DNA of 64,000 nucleotides from Eledone cirrhosa (lineage: Eukaryota). Numbering within the stretch: the first letter of the stretch is position 1; every line of letters starts with the position of its first letter. The notes beneath the pieces were generated by a model, which saw only the letters and a program-made list of their open reading frames with translations, ran no database searches and had not been told where the DNA came from. Shown here one piece after another: positions 22,530 through 34,850 of the stretch. The stretch spans positions 127,038,001-127,102,000 of the forward strand of contig OZ024744.1 of NCBI GenBank assembly GCA_964016885.1. Reading direction: 5' to 3'. The position numbers and the translations under genes were made by a program.

Positions 22530-25500
22530 TAAGTTGGGGGTAAGTTAAGTTGGGGGCAAGTTAAGTTGGGGTTAAGTTAAGTTGGGGTTAAGTTAAGTTG
22601 GGGTTAAGTTAAGTTGGGGTTAAGTTAAGTTAGGGTTAATTTCAGTTGGGGTTATGTTAAGTTGGGGTTAAGTTAAGTTGGGGTTAAGTTAAAGTTGGGG
22701 TTAAGTTAAGTTGGGGTTAAGTTAAGTTAGGGTTAATTTCATTGGGGTTATGTTAAGTTGGGGTTAAGTTAAGTTGGGGTTAAGTTAAGTTGGGGGTAAG
22801 TTAAGTGGGGTGTAAGTTAAGTTGGGGTTAAGTTAAGTTGGGGTTCAGTTCAGTTGGGGTTAAGTTAAGTTGGGGTTAAGTTAAGCTGGGGGTAAGTTAA
22901 GTTGGGTGTAAGTTAAGTTGGGGTTAAGTTAAGTTGGGGTTAAGTTAAGTTGGGGGTTAGTTAAGTTGGGGGCAAGTTAAGTTGGGGTTAATTTAAGTTG
23001 GGGTTAAGTTAAGCTGGGGTTATGTTAAGTTGGGGTTAAATTAAGTTGGGGTTAAGTTAAGTTGGGGGTAAGTTAAGTTGGGGTTAAGTTAAGTTGGGGG
23101 TAAGTTAAGTTGAGGGTAAGTTAAGTTGGGGTTAAGTTAAGTTGGGGTTAAATTAAGTTGGGGGTAAGTTAAGTTGGGGGTAAGTTAAGTTGGGGTTAAG
23201 GTAAGTTGGGGATAAATTAAGTTGAGGTTAAGTTAAGTTGGGGTTAAGTTAAATTGGGGTTAATTTAAGTTGGGGGTAAGATAAGTTGGGGCTAAGTTAA
23301 GTTGGGGCTAAGTCAAGTTGGGGTTAAGTCAAGTTGAGGTTAACTTAAGTTGGGGTTATGTTAAGTTGGGGTTAAGTTGGGGCTAAGTTAAGTTGGGGCT
23401 GAGTTAAGTTGGGGTTAAGTTAAGTTGGGGTTGAGTTAAGTTGGGGTTAAGTTAAGTTGGGATTAAGTTAAGTTGGGGTTAAGTTAAGTTCGGCTTGAGT
23501 TAAGTTGGGGTTAAGTTAAGTTGGGGTTAATTTAAGTTGGGGTTAAGTTAAGTTGGGGTTAAGATAAGTTGGGGTTAAGTTAAGTTGGGGTTAAGTTAAG
23601 TTGGGGTTGAGTTAATTTGGGGTTAAGTTAAGTTGGGGTTAACTTAAGTTGGGGTTAACTTAAGTTGGGCTTAAGTTGGGGTTAAGTTAAGTTGGGGTTA
23701 AGTTAAGTTGGGGGTAGGTTAAGTTGGGGGCAAGTTAAGTTGGGGTTAAGTTAAGTTGGGGTTAAGTTAAGTTGGGGTTAAGTTAAGTTGGGGGTAAGTT
23801 AAGTTGGGGTTAAGTTAAGTTGGGGTTAAGTTAAGTTGGGTTTAAGTTAAGTTGGGGCTAAGTTAAGTTGGGGCTAAGTTAAGTTGGGGCTGAGTTAAGT
23901 TGGGGTTAAGTTAAGTTGGGGTTGAGTTAAGTTGGGGTTATGTTAAGTTAGGGTTGAGTTAAGTTGGGGTTGAGTTAAGTTGGGGTTGAGTTAAGTAGGG
24001 GTTAAGTTAAGTTGGCGTTAATTTAAGTTGGGGTTAAGTTAAGTTGGGGTCAAGTTAATTTGCGGTTAAGTTAGGTTGTGGGTTAAGTTAATTTGGGGTT
24101 AAGTTAAGCTGGGGTTAAGTTGGGGTAAGTTAAGTTGGGGGTAAATTAAGTTGGGGTTAAGTTAAGTTGGGGTTAAGTTAAGTTGGGGTTGAGTTAAGTT
24201 GGGGTTGAGTTAAGTTGGGGTTGAGTTAAGTTGGGGTTGAGTTAAGTTGGGGTTAAGTTAAGTTGGGGTTAAGTTAAGTTGGGAGTAAGTTAAGTTGGGG
24301 TTAAGTTAAGTTGGGGTTAAGTTAAGTTGGGGTTAAGTTAAGTTGGGGTTAAGTTAAGTTGGGGTTAAGTTAAGTTGGGGGTTAGTTAAGTTGGGGGCAA
24401 GTTAAGTTGGGGTTAATTTAAGTTGGGGTTAAGTTAAGTTGGGGTTATGTTAAGTTGGGGTTAAGTTAAGTTGGGGTTAAGTTAAGTTGGGGGTAAGTTA
24501 AGTTGGGGTTAAGTTAAGTTGGGGGTAAGTTAAGTTGAGGGTAAGTTAAGTTGGGGTTAAGTTAAGTTGGGGTTAAATTAAGTTGGGGGTAAGTTAAGTT
24601 GGGGGTAAGTTAAGTTGGGGTTAAGTTAAGTTGGGGTTAAATTAAGTTGAGGTTAAGTTAAGTTGGGGTTAAGTCAAGTTGAGGTTAACTTAAGTTGGGG
24701 TTATGTTAAGTTGGGGTTAAGTTGGGGCTAAGTTAAGTTGGGGCTGAGTTAAGTTGGGGTTAAGTTAAGTTGGGGTTGAGTTAAGTTGGGGTTAAGTTAA
24801 GTTGGGATTAATTTAAGTTGGGGTTAAGTTAAGTTCGGCGTGAGTTAAGTTGGGGTTAAGTTAAGTTGGGGTTAATTTAAGTTGGGGTTAAGTTAAGTTG
24901 GGGTTAAGATAAGTTGGGGTTAAGTTAAGTTGGGGTTAAGTTAAGTTGGGGTTGAGTTAATTTGGGGTTAAGTTAAGTTGGGGTTAACTTAAGTTGGGGT
25001 TAAGTTGGGGTTAAGTTAAGTTGGGGTTAAGTTAAGTTGGGGTTGAGTTAATTTGGGTTTAAGTTAAGTTGGGCTTAACTTAAGTTGGGGTTAAGTTGGG
25101 GTTAAGTTAAGTTGGGGTTAAGTTAAGTTGGGGGTAAGTTAAGTTGGGGGCAAGTTAAGTTGGGGTTAATTTAAGTTGGGGTTAAGTTAAGTTGGGGTTA
25201 TGTTAAGTTGGGGTTAAGTTAAGTTGGGGTTAAGTTAAGTTGGGGGTAACTTAAGTTGGGGTTAAGTTAAGTTGAGGGTAAGTTAAGTTGAGGGTAAGTT
25301 AAGTTGAGGTTAAGTTAAGTTGGGGTTAAGTTAAGTTGGGGGTAAGTTAAGTTGGGGGTAAGTTAAGTTGGGGTTAAGTTAAGTTGGGGTTAAATTAAGT
25401 TGAGGTTAAGTTAATTTGGGGTTAAGTTAAGTTGGGGTTAAGTTAAGTTGGGGTTAAGTTAAGTTGGGGTTAAGTTAAGTTGGGGGTTAGTTAAGTTGGG

Positions 25501-26530
25501 GGCAAGTTAAGTTGGGGTTAATTTAAGTTGGGGTTAAGTTAAGTTGGGGTTATGTTAAGTTGGGGTTAAATTAAGTTGGGGTTAAGTTAAGTTGGGGGTA
25601 AGTTAAGTTGGGGTTAATTTAAGTTGGGGGTAAGTTAAGTTGAGGGTAAGTTAAGTTGGGGTTAAGTTAAGTTGGGGTTAAATTAAGTTGGGGGTAAGTT
25701 AAGTTGGGGGTAAGTTAAGTTGGGGTTAAGTTAAGTTGGGGTTAAGTTAAATTGGGGTTAATTTAAGTTGGGGGTAAGATAAGTTGGGGCTAAGTTAAGT
25801 TGGGGCTAAGTCAAGTTGGGGTTAAGTCAAGTTGAGGTTAACTTAAGTTGGGGTTATGTTAAGTTGGGGTTAAGTTGGGGCTAAGTTAAGTTTGGGCTGA
25901 GTTAAATTGGGGTTAAGTTAAGTTGGGGTTGAGTTAAGTTGGGGTTAAGTTAAGTTGGGATTAAGTTAAGTTGGGGTTAAGTTAAGTTCGGCTTGAGTTA
26001 AGTTGGGGTTAAGTTAAGTTGGGGTTAATTTAAGTTGGGGTTAAGTTAATTTGGGGTTAAGATAAGTTGGGGTTAAGTTAAGTTGGGGTTAAGTTAAGTT
26101 GGGGTTGAGTTAATTTGGGGTTAAGTTAAGTTGGGGTTAACTTAAGTTGGGGTTAACTTAAGTTGGGGTTAAGTTGGGGTTAAGTTAAGTTGGGGTTAAG
26201 TTAAGTTGGGGGTAGGTTAAGTTGGGGGCAAGTTAAGTTGGGGTTAAGTTAAGTTGGGGTTAAGTTAAGTTGGGGGTAAGTTAAGTTGGGGTTAAGTTAA
26301 GTTGGGGTTAAGTTAAGTTGGGTTTAAGTTAAGTTGGGGCTAAGTTAAGTTGGGGCTAAGTTAAGTTGGGGCTGAGTTAAGTTGGGGTTACGTTAAGTTG
26401 GGGTTGAGTTGAGTTGGGGTTATGTTAAGTTAGGGTTGAGTTAAGTTGGGGTTGAGTTAAGTTGGGGTTGAGTTAAGTAGGGGTTAAGTTAAGTTGGCGT
26501 TAATTTAAGTTGGGGTTAAGTTAAGTTGGG
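22530..26530 (+). repeat. About 4-kb higher-order block copy B1
   Basis: Private markers GGGGATAAATTAAG (23212), TTCGGCGTGAG (24836), TTTGGGCTGAG (25891) and TTACG..GAGTTGAG (26391) recur at 27601, 29113, 30168 and 30668. Confidence 0.9.
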
Positions 26531-26919
26531 GTTAAGTTGGGGTTAAGTTAAGTTGGGGTTAAGTTAAGTTGGGGTTAAGTTAAGTTAGGGTTAATTTCAG
26601 TTGGGGTTATGTTAAGTTGGGGTTAAGTTAAGTTGGGGTTAAGTTAAAGATGGGGTTAAGTTAAGTTGGGGTTAAGTTAAGTTAGGGTTAATTTCAGTTG
26701 GGGTTATGTTAAGTTGGGGTTAAGTTAAGTTGGGGTTAAGTTAAGTTGGAGGTAAGTTAAGTGGGGTGTAAGTTAAGTTGGGGTTAAGTTAAGTTGGGGT
26801 TCAGTTCAGTTGGGGTTATGTTAAGTTGGGGTTAAGTTAAGCTGGGGGTAAGTTAAGTTGGGTGTAAGTTAAGTTGGGGTTAAGTTAAGTTGGGGTTAAG
26901 TTAAGTTGGGGTTAAGTTA

Positions 26920-29900
26920 AGTTGGGGGTAAGTTAAGTTGGGGGCAAGTTAAGTTGGGGTTAAGTTAAGTTGGGGTTAAGTTAAGTTGGGGTTAAGTTAA
27001 GTTGGGGTTAAGTTAAGTTAGGGTTAATTTCAGTTGGGGTTATGTTAAGTTGGGGTTAAGTTAAGTTGGGGTTAAGTTAAAGTTGGGGTTAAGTTAAGTT
27101 GGGGTTAAGTTAAGTTAGGGTTAATTTCAGTTGGGGTTATGTTAAGTTGGGGTTAAGTTAAGTTGGGGTTAAGTTAAGTTGGGGGTAAGTTAAGTGGGGT
27201 GTAAGTTAAGTTGGGGTTAAGTTAAGTTGGGGTTCAGTTCAGTTGGGGTTAAGTTAAGTTGGGGTTAAGTTAAGCTGGGGGTAAGTTAAGTTGGGTGTAA
27301 GTTAAGTTGGGGTTAAGTTAAGTTGGGGTTAAGTTAAGTTGGGGGTTAGTTAAGTTGGGGGCAAGTTAAGTTGGGGTTAATTTAAGTTGGGGTTAAGTTA
27401 AGCTGGGGTTATGTTAAGTTGGGGTTAAATTAAGTTGGGGTTAAGTTAAGTTGGGGGTAAGTTAAGTTGGGGTTAAGTTAAGTTGGGGGTAAGTTAAGTT
27501 GAGGGTAAGTTAAGTTGGGGTTAAGTTAAGTTGGGGTTAAATTAAGTTGGGGGTAAGTTAAGTTGGGGGTAAGTTAAGTTGGGGTTAAGGTAAGTTGGGG
27601 ATAAATTAAGTTGAGGTTAAGTTAAGTTGGGGTTAAGTTAAATTGGGGTTAATTTAAGTTGGGGGTAAGATAAGTTGGGGCTAAGTTAAGTTGGGGCTAA
27701 GTCAAGTTGGGGTTAAGTCAAGTTGAGGTTAACTTAAGTTGGGGTTATGTTAAGTTGGGGTTAAGTTGGGGCTAAGTTAAGTTGGGGCTGAGTTAAGTTG
27801 GGGTTAAGTTAAGTTGGGGTTGAGTTAAGTTGGGGTTAAGTTAAGTTGGGATTAAGTTAAGTTGGGGTTAAGTTAAGTTCGGCTTGAGTTAAGTTGGGGT
27901 TAAGTTAAGTTGGGGTTAACTTAAGTTGGGGTTAACTTAAGTTGGGCTTAAGTTGGGGTTAAGTTAAGTTGGGGTTAAGTTAAGTTGGGGGTAGGTTAAG
28001 TTGGGGGCAAGTTAAGTTGGGGTTAAGTTAAGTTGGGGTTAAGTTAAGTTGGGGTTAAGTTAAGTTGGGGGTAAGTTAAGTTGGGGTTAAGTTAAGTTGG
28101 GGTTAAGTTAAGTTGGGTTTAAGTTAAGTTGGGGCTAAGTTAAGTTGGGGCTAAGTTAAGTTGGGGCTGAGTTAAGTTGGGGTTAAGTTAAGTTGGGGTT
28201 GAGTTAAGTTGGGGTTATGTTAAGTTAGGGTTGAGTTAAGTTGGGGTTGAGTTAAGTTGGGGTTGAGTTAAGTAGGGGTTAAGTTAAGTTGGCGTTAATT
28301 TAAGTTGGGGTTAAGTTAAGTTGGGGTCAAGTTAATTTGCGGTTAAGTTAGGTTGTGGGTTAAGTTAATTTGGGGTTAAGTTAAGCTGGGGTTAAGTTGG
28401 GGTAAGTTAAGTTGGGGGTAAATTAAGTTGGGGTTAAGTTAAGTTGGGGTTAAGTTAAGTTGGGGTTGAGTTAAGTTGGGGTTGAGTTAAGTTGGGGTTG
28501 AGTTAAGTTGGGGTTGAGTTAAGTTGGGGTTAAGTTAAGTTGGGGTTAAGTTAAGTTGGGAGTAAGTTAAGTTGGGGTTAAGTTAAGTTGGGGTTAAGTT
28601 AAGTTGGGGTTAAGTTAAGTTGGGGTTAAGTTAAGTTGGGGTTAAGTTAAGTTGGGGGTTAGTTAAGTTGGGGGCAAGTTAAGTTGGGGTTAATTTAAGT
28701 TGGGGTTAAGTTAAGTTGGGGTTATGTTAAGTTGGGGTTAAGTTAAGTTGGGGTTAAGTTAAGTTGGGGGTAAGTTAAGTTGGGGTTAAGTTAAGTTGGG
28801 GGTAAGTTAAGTTGAGGGTAAGTTAAGTTGGGGTTAAGTTAAGTTGGGGTTAAATTAAGTTGGGGGTAAGTTAAGTTGGGGGTAAGTTAAGTTGGGGTTA
28901 AGTTAAGTTGGGGTTAAATTAAGTTGAGGTTAAGTTAAGTTGGGGTTAAGTCAAGTTGAGGTTAACTTAAGTTGGGGTTATGTTAAGTTGGGGTTAAGTT
29001 GGGGCTAAGTTAAGTTGGGGCTGAGTTAAGTTGGGGTTAAGTTAAGTTGGGGTTGAGTTAAGTTGGGGTTAAGTTAAGTTGGGATTAAGTTAAGTTGGGG
29101 TTAAGTTAAGTTCGGCGTGAGTTAAGTTGGGGTTAAGTTAAGTTGGGGTTAATTTAAGTTGGGGTTAAGTTAAGTTGGGGTTAAGATAAGTTGGGGTTAA
29201 GTTAAGTTGGGGTTAAGTTAAGTTGGGGTTGAGTTAATTTGGGGTTAAGTTAAGTTGGGGTTAACTTAAGTTGGGGTTAAGTTGGGGTTAAGTTAAGTTG
29301 GGGTTAAGTTAAGTTGGGGTTGAGTTAATTTGGGTTTAAGTTAAGTTGGGCTTAACTTAAGTTGGGGTTAAGTTGGGGTTAAGTTAAGTTGGGGTTAAGT
29401 TAAGTTGGGGGTAAGTTAAGTTGGGGGCAAGTTAAGTTGGGGTTAATTTAAGTTGGGGTTAAGTTAAGTTGGGGTTATGTTAAGTTGGGGTTAAGTTAAG
29501 TTGGGGTTAAGTTAAGTTGGGGGTAACTTAAGTTGGGGTTAAGTTAAGTTGAGGGTAAGTTAAGTTGAGGGTAAGTTAAGTTGAGGTTAAGTTAAGTTGG
29601 GGTTAAGTTAAGTTGGGGGTAAGTTAAGTTGGGGGTAAGTTAAGTTGGGGTTAAGTTAAGTTGGGGTTAAATTAAGTTGAGGTTAAGTTAATTTGGGGTT
29701 AAGTTAAGTTGGGGTTAAGTTAAGTTGGGGTTAAGTTAAGTTGGGGTTAAGTTAAGTTGGGGGTTAGTTAAGTTGGGGGCAAGTTAAGTTGGGGTTAATT
29801 TAAGTTGGGGTTAAGTTAAGTTGGGGTTATGTTAAGTTGGGGTTAAATTAAGTTGGGGTTAAGTTAAGTTGGGGGTAAGTTAAGTTGGGGTTAAGTTAAG

Positions 29901-30810
29901 TTGGGGGTAAGTTAAGTTGAGGGTAAGTTAAGTTGGGGTTAAGTTAAGTTGGGGTTAAATTAAGTTGGGGGTAAGTTAAGTTGGGGGTAAGTTAAGTTGG
30001 GGTTAAGTTAAGTTGGGGTTAAGTTAAATTGGGGTTAATTTAAGTTGGGGGTAAGATAAGTTGGGGCTAAGTTAAGTTGGGGCTAAGTCAAGTTGGGGTT
30101 AAGTCAAGTTGAGGTTAACTTAAGTTGGGGTTATGTTAAGTTGGGGTTAAGTTGGGGCTAAGTTAAGTTTGGGCTGAGTTAAGTTGGGGTTAAGTTAAGT
30201 TGGGGTTGAGTTAAGTTGGGGTTAAGTTAAGTTGGGATTAAGTTAAGTTGGGGTTAAGTTAAGTTCGGCTTGAGTTAAGTTGGGGTTAAGTTAAGTTGGG
30301 GTTAATTTAAGTTGGGGTTAAGTTAATTTGGGGTTAAGATAAGTTGGGGTTAAGTTAAGTTGGGGTTAAGTTAAGTTGGGGTTGAGTTAATTTGGGGTTA
30401 AGTTAAGTTGGGGTTAACTTAAGTTGGGGTTAACTTAAGTTGGGGTTAAGTTGGGGTTAAGTTAAGTTGGGGTTAAGTTAAGTTGGGGGTAGGTTAAGTT
30501 GGGGGCAAGTTAAGTTGGGGTTAAGTTAAGTTGGGGTTAAGTTAAGTTGGGGGTAAGTTAAGTTGGGGTTAAGTTAAGTTGGGGTTAAGTTAAGTTGGGT
30601 TTAAGTTAAGTTGGGGCTAAGTTAAGTTGGGGCTAAGTTAAGTTGGGGCTGAGTTAAGTTGGGGTTACGTTAAGTTGGGGTTGAGTTGAGTTGGGGTTAT
30701 GTTAAGTTAGGGTTGAGTTAAGTTGGGGTTGAGTTAAGTTGGGGTTGAGTTAAGTAGGGGTTAAGTTAAGTTGGCGTTAATTTAAGTTGGGGTTAAGTTA
30801 AGTTGGGGTT
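26920..30810 (+). repeat. About 4-kb higher-order block copy B2
   Basis: Offset from B1 is 4389, then 4277 after a 112-bp (7-monomer) deletion near 27910. Confidence 0.9.
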
Positions 30811-33800
30811 AAGTTAATTTGCGGTTAAGTTAGGTTGTGGGTTAAGTTAATTTGGGGTTAAGTTAAGCTGGGGTTAAGTTGGGGTAAGTTAAGTTGGGGG
30901 TAAATTAAGTTGGGGTTAAGTTAAGTTGGGGTTAAGTTAAGTTGGGGTTGAGTTAAGTTGGGGTTGAGTTAAGTTGGGGTTGAGTTAAGTTGGGGTTGAG
31001 TTAAGTTGGGGTTAAGTTAAGTTGGGGTTAAGTTAAGTTGGGGGTAAGTTAAGTTGGGGTTAAGTTAAGTTGGGGTTAAGTTAATTGGGGTTAAGTTAAG
31101 TTGGGGTTAAGTTAAGTTGGGGTTAAGTTAAGTTGGGGGTTAGTTAAGTTGGGGGCAAGTTAAGTTGGGGTTAATTTAAGTTGGGGTTAAGTTAAGTTGG
31201 GGTTATGTTAAGTTGGGGTTAAGTTAAGTTGGGGTTAAGTTAAGTTGGGGGTAAGTTAAGTTGGGGTTAAGTTAAGTTGGGGGTAAGTTAAGTTGAGGGT
31301 AAGTTAAGTTGGGGTTAAGTTAAGTTGGGGTTAAATTAAGTTGGGGGTAAGTTAAGTTGGGGGTAAGTTAAGTTGGGGTTAAGTTAAGTTGGGGTTAAAT
31401 TAAGTTGAGGTTAAGTTAAGTTGGGGTTAAGTCAAGTTGAGGTTAACTTAAGTTGGGGTTATGTTAAGTTGGGGTTAAGTTGGGGCTAAGTTAAGTTGGG
31501 GCTGAGTTAAGTTGGGGTTAAGTTAAGTTGGGGTTGAGTTAAGTTGGGGTTAAGTTAAGTTGGGATTAAGTTAAGTTGGGGTTAAGTTAAGTTCGGCTTG
31601 AGTTAAGTTGGGGTTAAGTTAAGTTGGGGTTAATTTAAGTTGGGGTTAAGTTAAGTTGGGGTTAAGATAAGTTGGGGTTAAGTTAAGTTGGGGTTAAGTT
31701 AAGTTGGGGTTGAGTTAATTTGGGGTTAAGTTAAGTTGGGGTTAACTTAAGTTGGGGTTAAGTTGGGGTTAAGTTAAGTTGGGGTTAAGTTAAGTTGGGG
31801 TTGAGTTAATTTGGGTTTAAGTTAAGTTGGGCTTAACTTAAGTTGGGGTTAAGTTGGGGTTAAGTTAAGTTGGGGTTAAGTTAAGTTGGGGGTAAGTTAA
31901 GTTGGGGGCAAGTTAAGTTGGGGTTAATTTAAGTTGGGGTTAAGTTAAGTTGGGGTTATGTTAAGTTGGGGTTAAGTTAAGTTGGGGTTAAGTTAAGTTG
32001 GGGGTAACTTAAGTTGGGGTTAAGTTAAGTTGAGGGTAAGTTAAGTTGAGGGTAAGTTAAGTTGAGGTTAAGTTAAGTTGGGGTTAAGTTAAGTTGGGGG
32101 TAAGTTAAGTTGGGGGTAAGTTAAGTTGGGGTTAAGTTAAGTTGGGGTTAAATTAAGTTGAGGTTAAGTTAATTTGGGGTTAAGTTAAGTTGGGGTTAAG
32201 TTAAGTTGGGGTTAAGTTAAGTTGGGGTTAAGTTAAGTTGGGGGTTAGTTAAGTTGGGGGCAAGTTAAGTTGGGGTTAATTTAAGTTGGGGTTAAGTTAA
32301 GTTGGGGTTATGTTAAGTTGGGGTTAAATTAAGTTGGGGTTAAGTTAAGTTGGGGGTAAGTTAAGTTGGGGTTAAGTTAAGTTGGGGGTAAGTTAAGTTG
32401 AGGGTAAGTTAAGTTGGGGTTAAGTTAAGTTGGGGTTAAGTTAAGTTGGGGTTAAGTTAAGTTGGGGGTAAGTTAAGTTGGGGTTAAGTTAAGTTGGGGT
32501 TAAGTTAAATTGGGGTTAATTTAAGTTGGGGGTAAGATAAGTTGGGGCTAAGTTAAGTTGGGGCTAAGTCAAGTTGGGGCTAAGTCAAGTTGAGGTTAAC
32601 TTAAGTTGGGGTTATGTTAAGTTGGGGTTAAGTTGGGGCTAAGTTAAGTTGGGGCTGAGTTAAGTTGGGGTTAAGTTAAGTTGGGGTTGAGTTAAGTTGG
32701 GGTTAAGTTAAGTTGGGATTAAGTTAAGTTGGGGTTAAGTTAAGTTCGGCTTGAGTTAAGTTGGGGTTAAGTTAAGTTGGGGTTAATTTAAGTTGGGGTT
32801 AAGTTAAGTTGGGGTTAAGATAAGTTGGGGTTAAGTTAAGTTGGGGTTAAGTTAAGTTGGGGTTGAGTTAATTTGGGGTTACGTTAAGTTGGGGTTAACT
32901 TAAGTTGGGGTTAACTTAAGTTGGGGTTAAGTTAAGTTGGGGTTAAGTTAAGTTGGGGGTAGGTTAAGTTGGGGGCAAGTTAAGTTGGGGTTAAGTTAAG
33001 TTGGGGTTAAGTTAAGTTGGGGGTAAGTTAAGTTGGGGTTAAGTTAAGTTGGGGTTAAGTTAAGTTGGGTTTAAGTTAAGTTGGGGCTAAGTTAAGTTGG
33101 GGCTAAGTTAAGTTGGGGCTGAGTTAAGTTGGGGTTAAGTTAAGTTGGGGTTGAGTTAAGTTGGGGTTATGTTAAGTTAGGGTTGAGTTAAGTTGGGGTT
33201 GAGTTAAGTTGGGGTTGAGTTAAGTAGGGGTTAAGTTAAGTTGGCGTTAATTTAAGTTGGGGTTAAGTTAAGTTGGGGTCAAGTTAATTTGCGGTTAAGT
33301 TAGGTAGTGGGTTAAGTTAATTTGGGGTTAAGTTAAGCTGGGGTTAAGTTGGGGTAAGTTAAGTTGGGGGTAAATTAAGTTGGGGTTAAGTTAAGTTGGG
33401 GTTAAGTTAAGTTGGGGTTGAGTTAAGTTGGGGTTGAGTTAAGTTGGGGTTGAGTTAAGTTGGGGTTGAGTTAAGTTGGGGTTAAGTTAAGTTGGGGTTA
33501 AGTTAAGTTGGGGGTAAGTTAAGTTGGGGTTAAGTTAAGTTGGGGTTAAGTTAATTGGGGTTAAGTTAAGTTGGGGTTAAGTTAAGTTGGGGTTAAGTTA
33601 AGTTGGGGGTTAGTTAAGTTGGGGGCAAGTTAAGTTGTGGTTAATTTAAGTTGGGGTTAAGTTAAGTTGGGGTTATGTTAAGTTGGGGTTAAGTTAAGTT
33701 GGGGGTAAGTTAAGTTGGGGTTAAGTTAAGTTGGGGGTAAGTTAAGTTGAGGGTAAGTTAAGTTGGGGTTAAGTTAAGTTGGGGTTAAATTAAGTTGGGG

Positions 33801-34850
33801 TTAAGTTAAGTTGGGGGTAAGTTAAGTTGGGGTTAAGTTAAGTTGGGGTTAAATTAAGTTGAGGTTAAGTTAAGTTGGGGTTAAGTCAAGTTGAGGTTAA
33901 CTTAAGTTGGGGTTATGTTAAGTTGGGGTTAAGTTGGGGCTAAGTTAAGTTGGGGCTGAGTTAAGTTGGGGTTAAGTTAAGTTGGGGTTGAGTTAAGTTG
34001 GGGTTAAGTTAAGTTGGGATTAAGTTAAGTTGGGGTTAAGTTAAGTTCGGCTTGAGTTAAGTTGGGGTTAAGTTAAGTTGGGGTTAATTTAAGTTGGGGT
34101 TAAGTTAAGTTGGGGTTAAGATAAGTTGGGGTTAAGTTAAGTTGGGGTTAAGTTAAGTTGGGGTTGAGTTAATTTGGGGTTAAGTTAAGTTGGGGTTAAC
34201 TTAAGTTGGGGTTAAGTTGGGGTTAAGTTAAGTTGGGGTTAAGTTAAGTTGGGGTTGAGTTAATTTGGGTTTAAGTTAAGTTGGGCTTAACTTAAGTTGG
34301 GGTTAAGTTGGGGTTAAGTTAAGTTGGGGTTAAGTTAAGTTGGGGGTAAGTTAAGTTGGGGGCAAGTTAAGTTGGGGTTAATTTAAGTTGGGGTTAAGTT
34401 AAGTTGGGGTTATGTTAAGTTGGGGTTAAGTTAAGTTGGGGTTAAGTTAAGTTGGGGGTAACTTAAGTTGGGGTTAAGTTAAGTTGAGGGTAAGTTAAGT
34501 TGAGGGTAAGTTAAGTTGAGGTTAAGTTAAGTTGGGGTTAAGTTAAGTTGGGGGTAAGTTAAGTTGGGGGTAAGTTAAGTTGGGGTTAAGTTAAGTTGGG
34601 GTTAAATTAAGTTGAGGTTAAGTTAATTTGGGGTTAAGTTAAGTTGGGGTTAAGTTAAGTTGGGGTTAAGTTAAGTTGGGGTTAAGTTAAGTTGGGGGTT
34701 AGTTAAGTTGGGGGCAAGTTAAGTTGGGGTTAATTTAAGTTGGGGTTAAGTTAAGTTGGGGTTATGTTAAGTTGGGGTTAAATTAAGTTGGGGTTAAGTT
34801 AAGTTGGGGGTAAGTTAAGTTGGGGTTAAGTTAAGTTGGGGGTAAGTTAA
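28400..34850 (+). repeat. About 2.45-2.48-kb higher-order repeat, about 2.5 tandem copies
   Basis: Marker TTAATTTGGGTTTAAGTTAAGTTGGGCTTAAC has its first C at 29351, 31832 and 34286 (spacing 2481, 2454). Confidence 0.8.
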
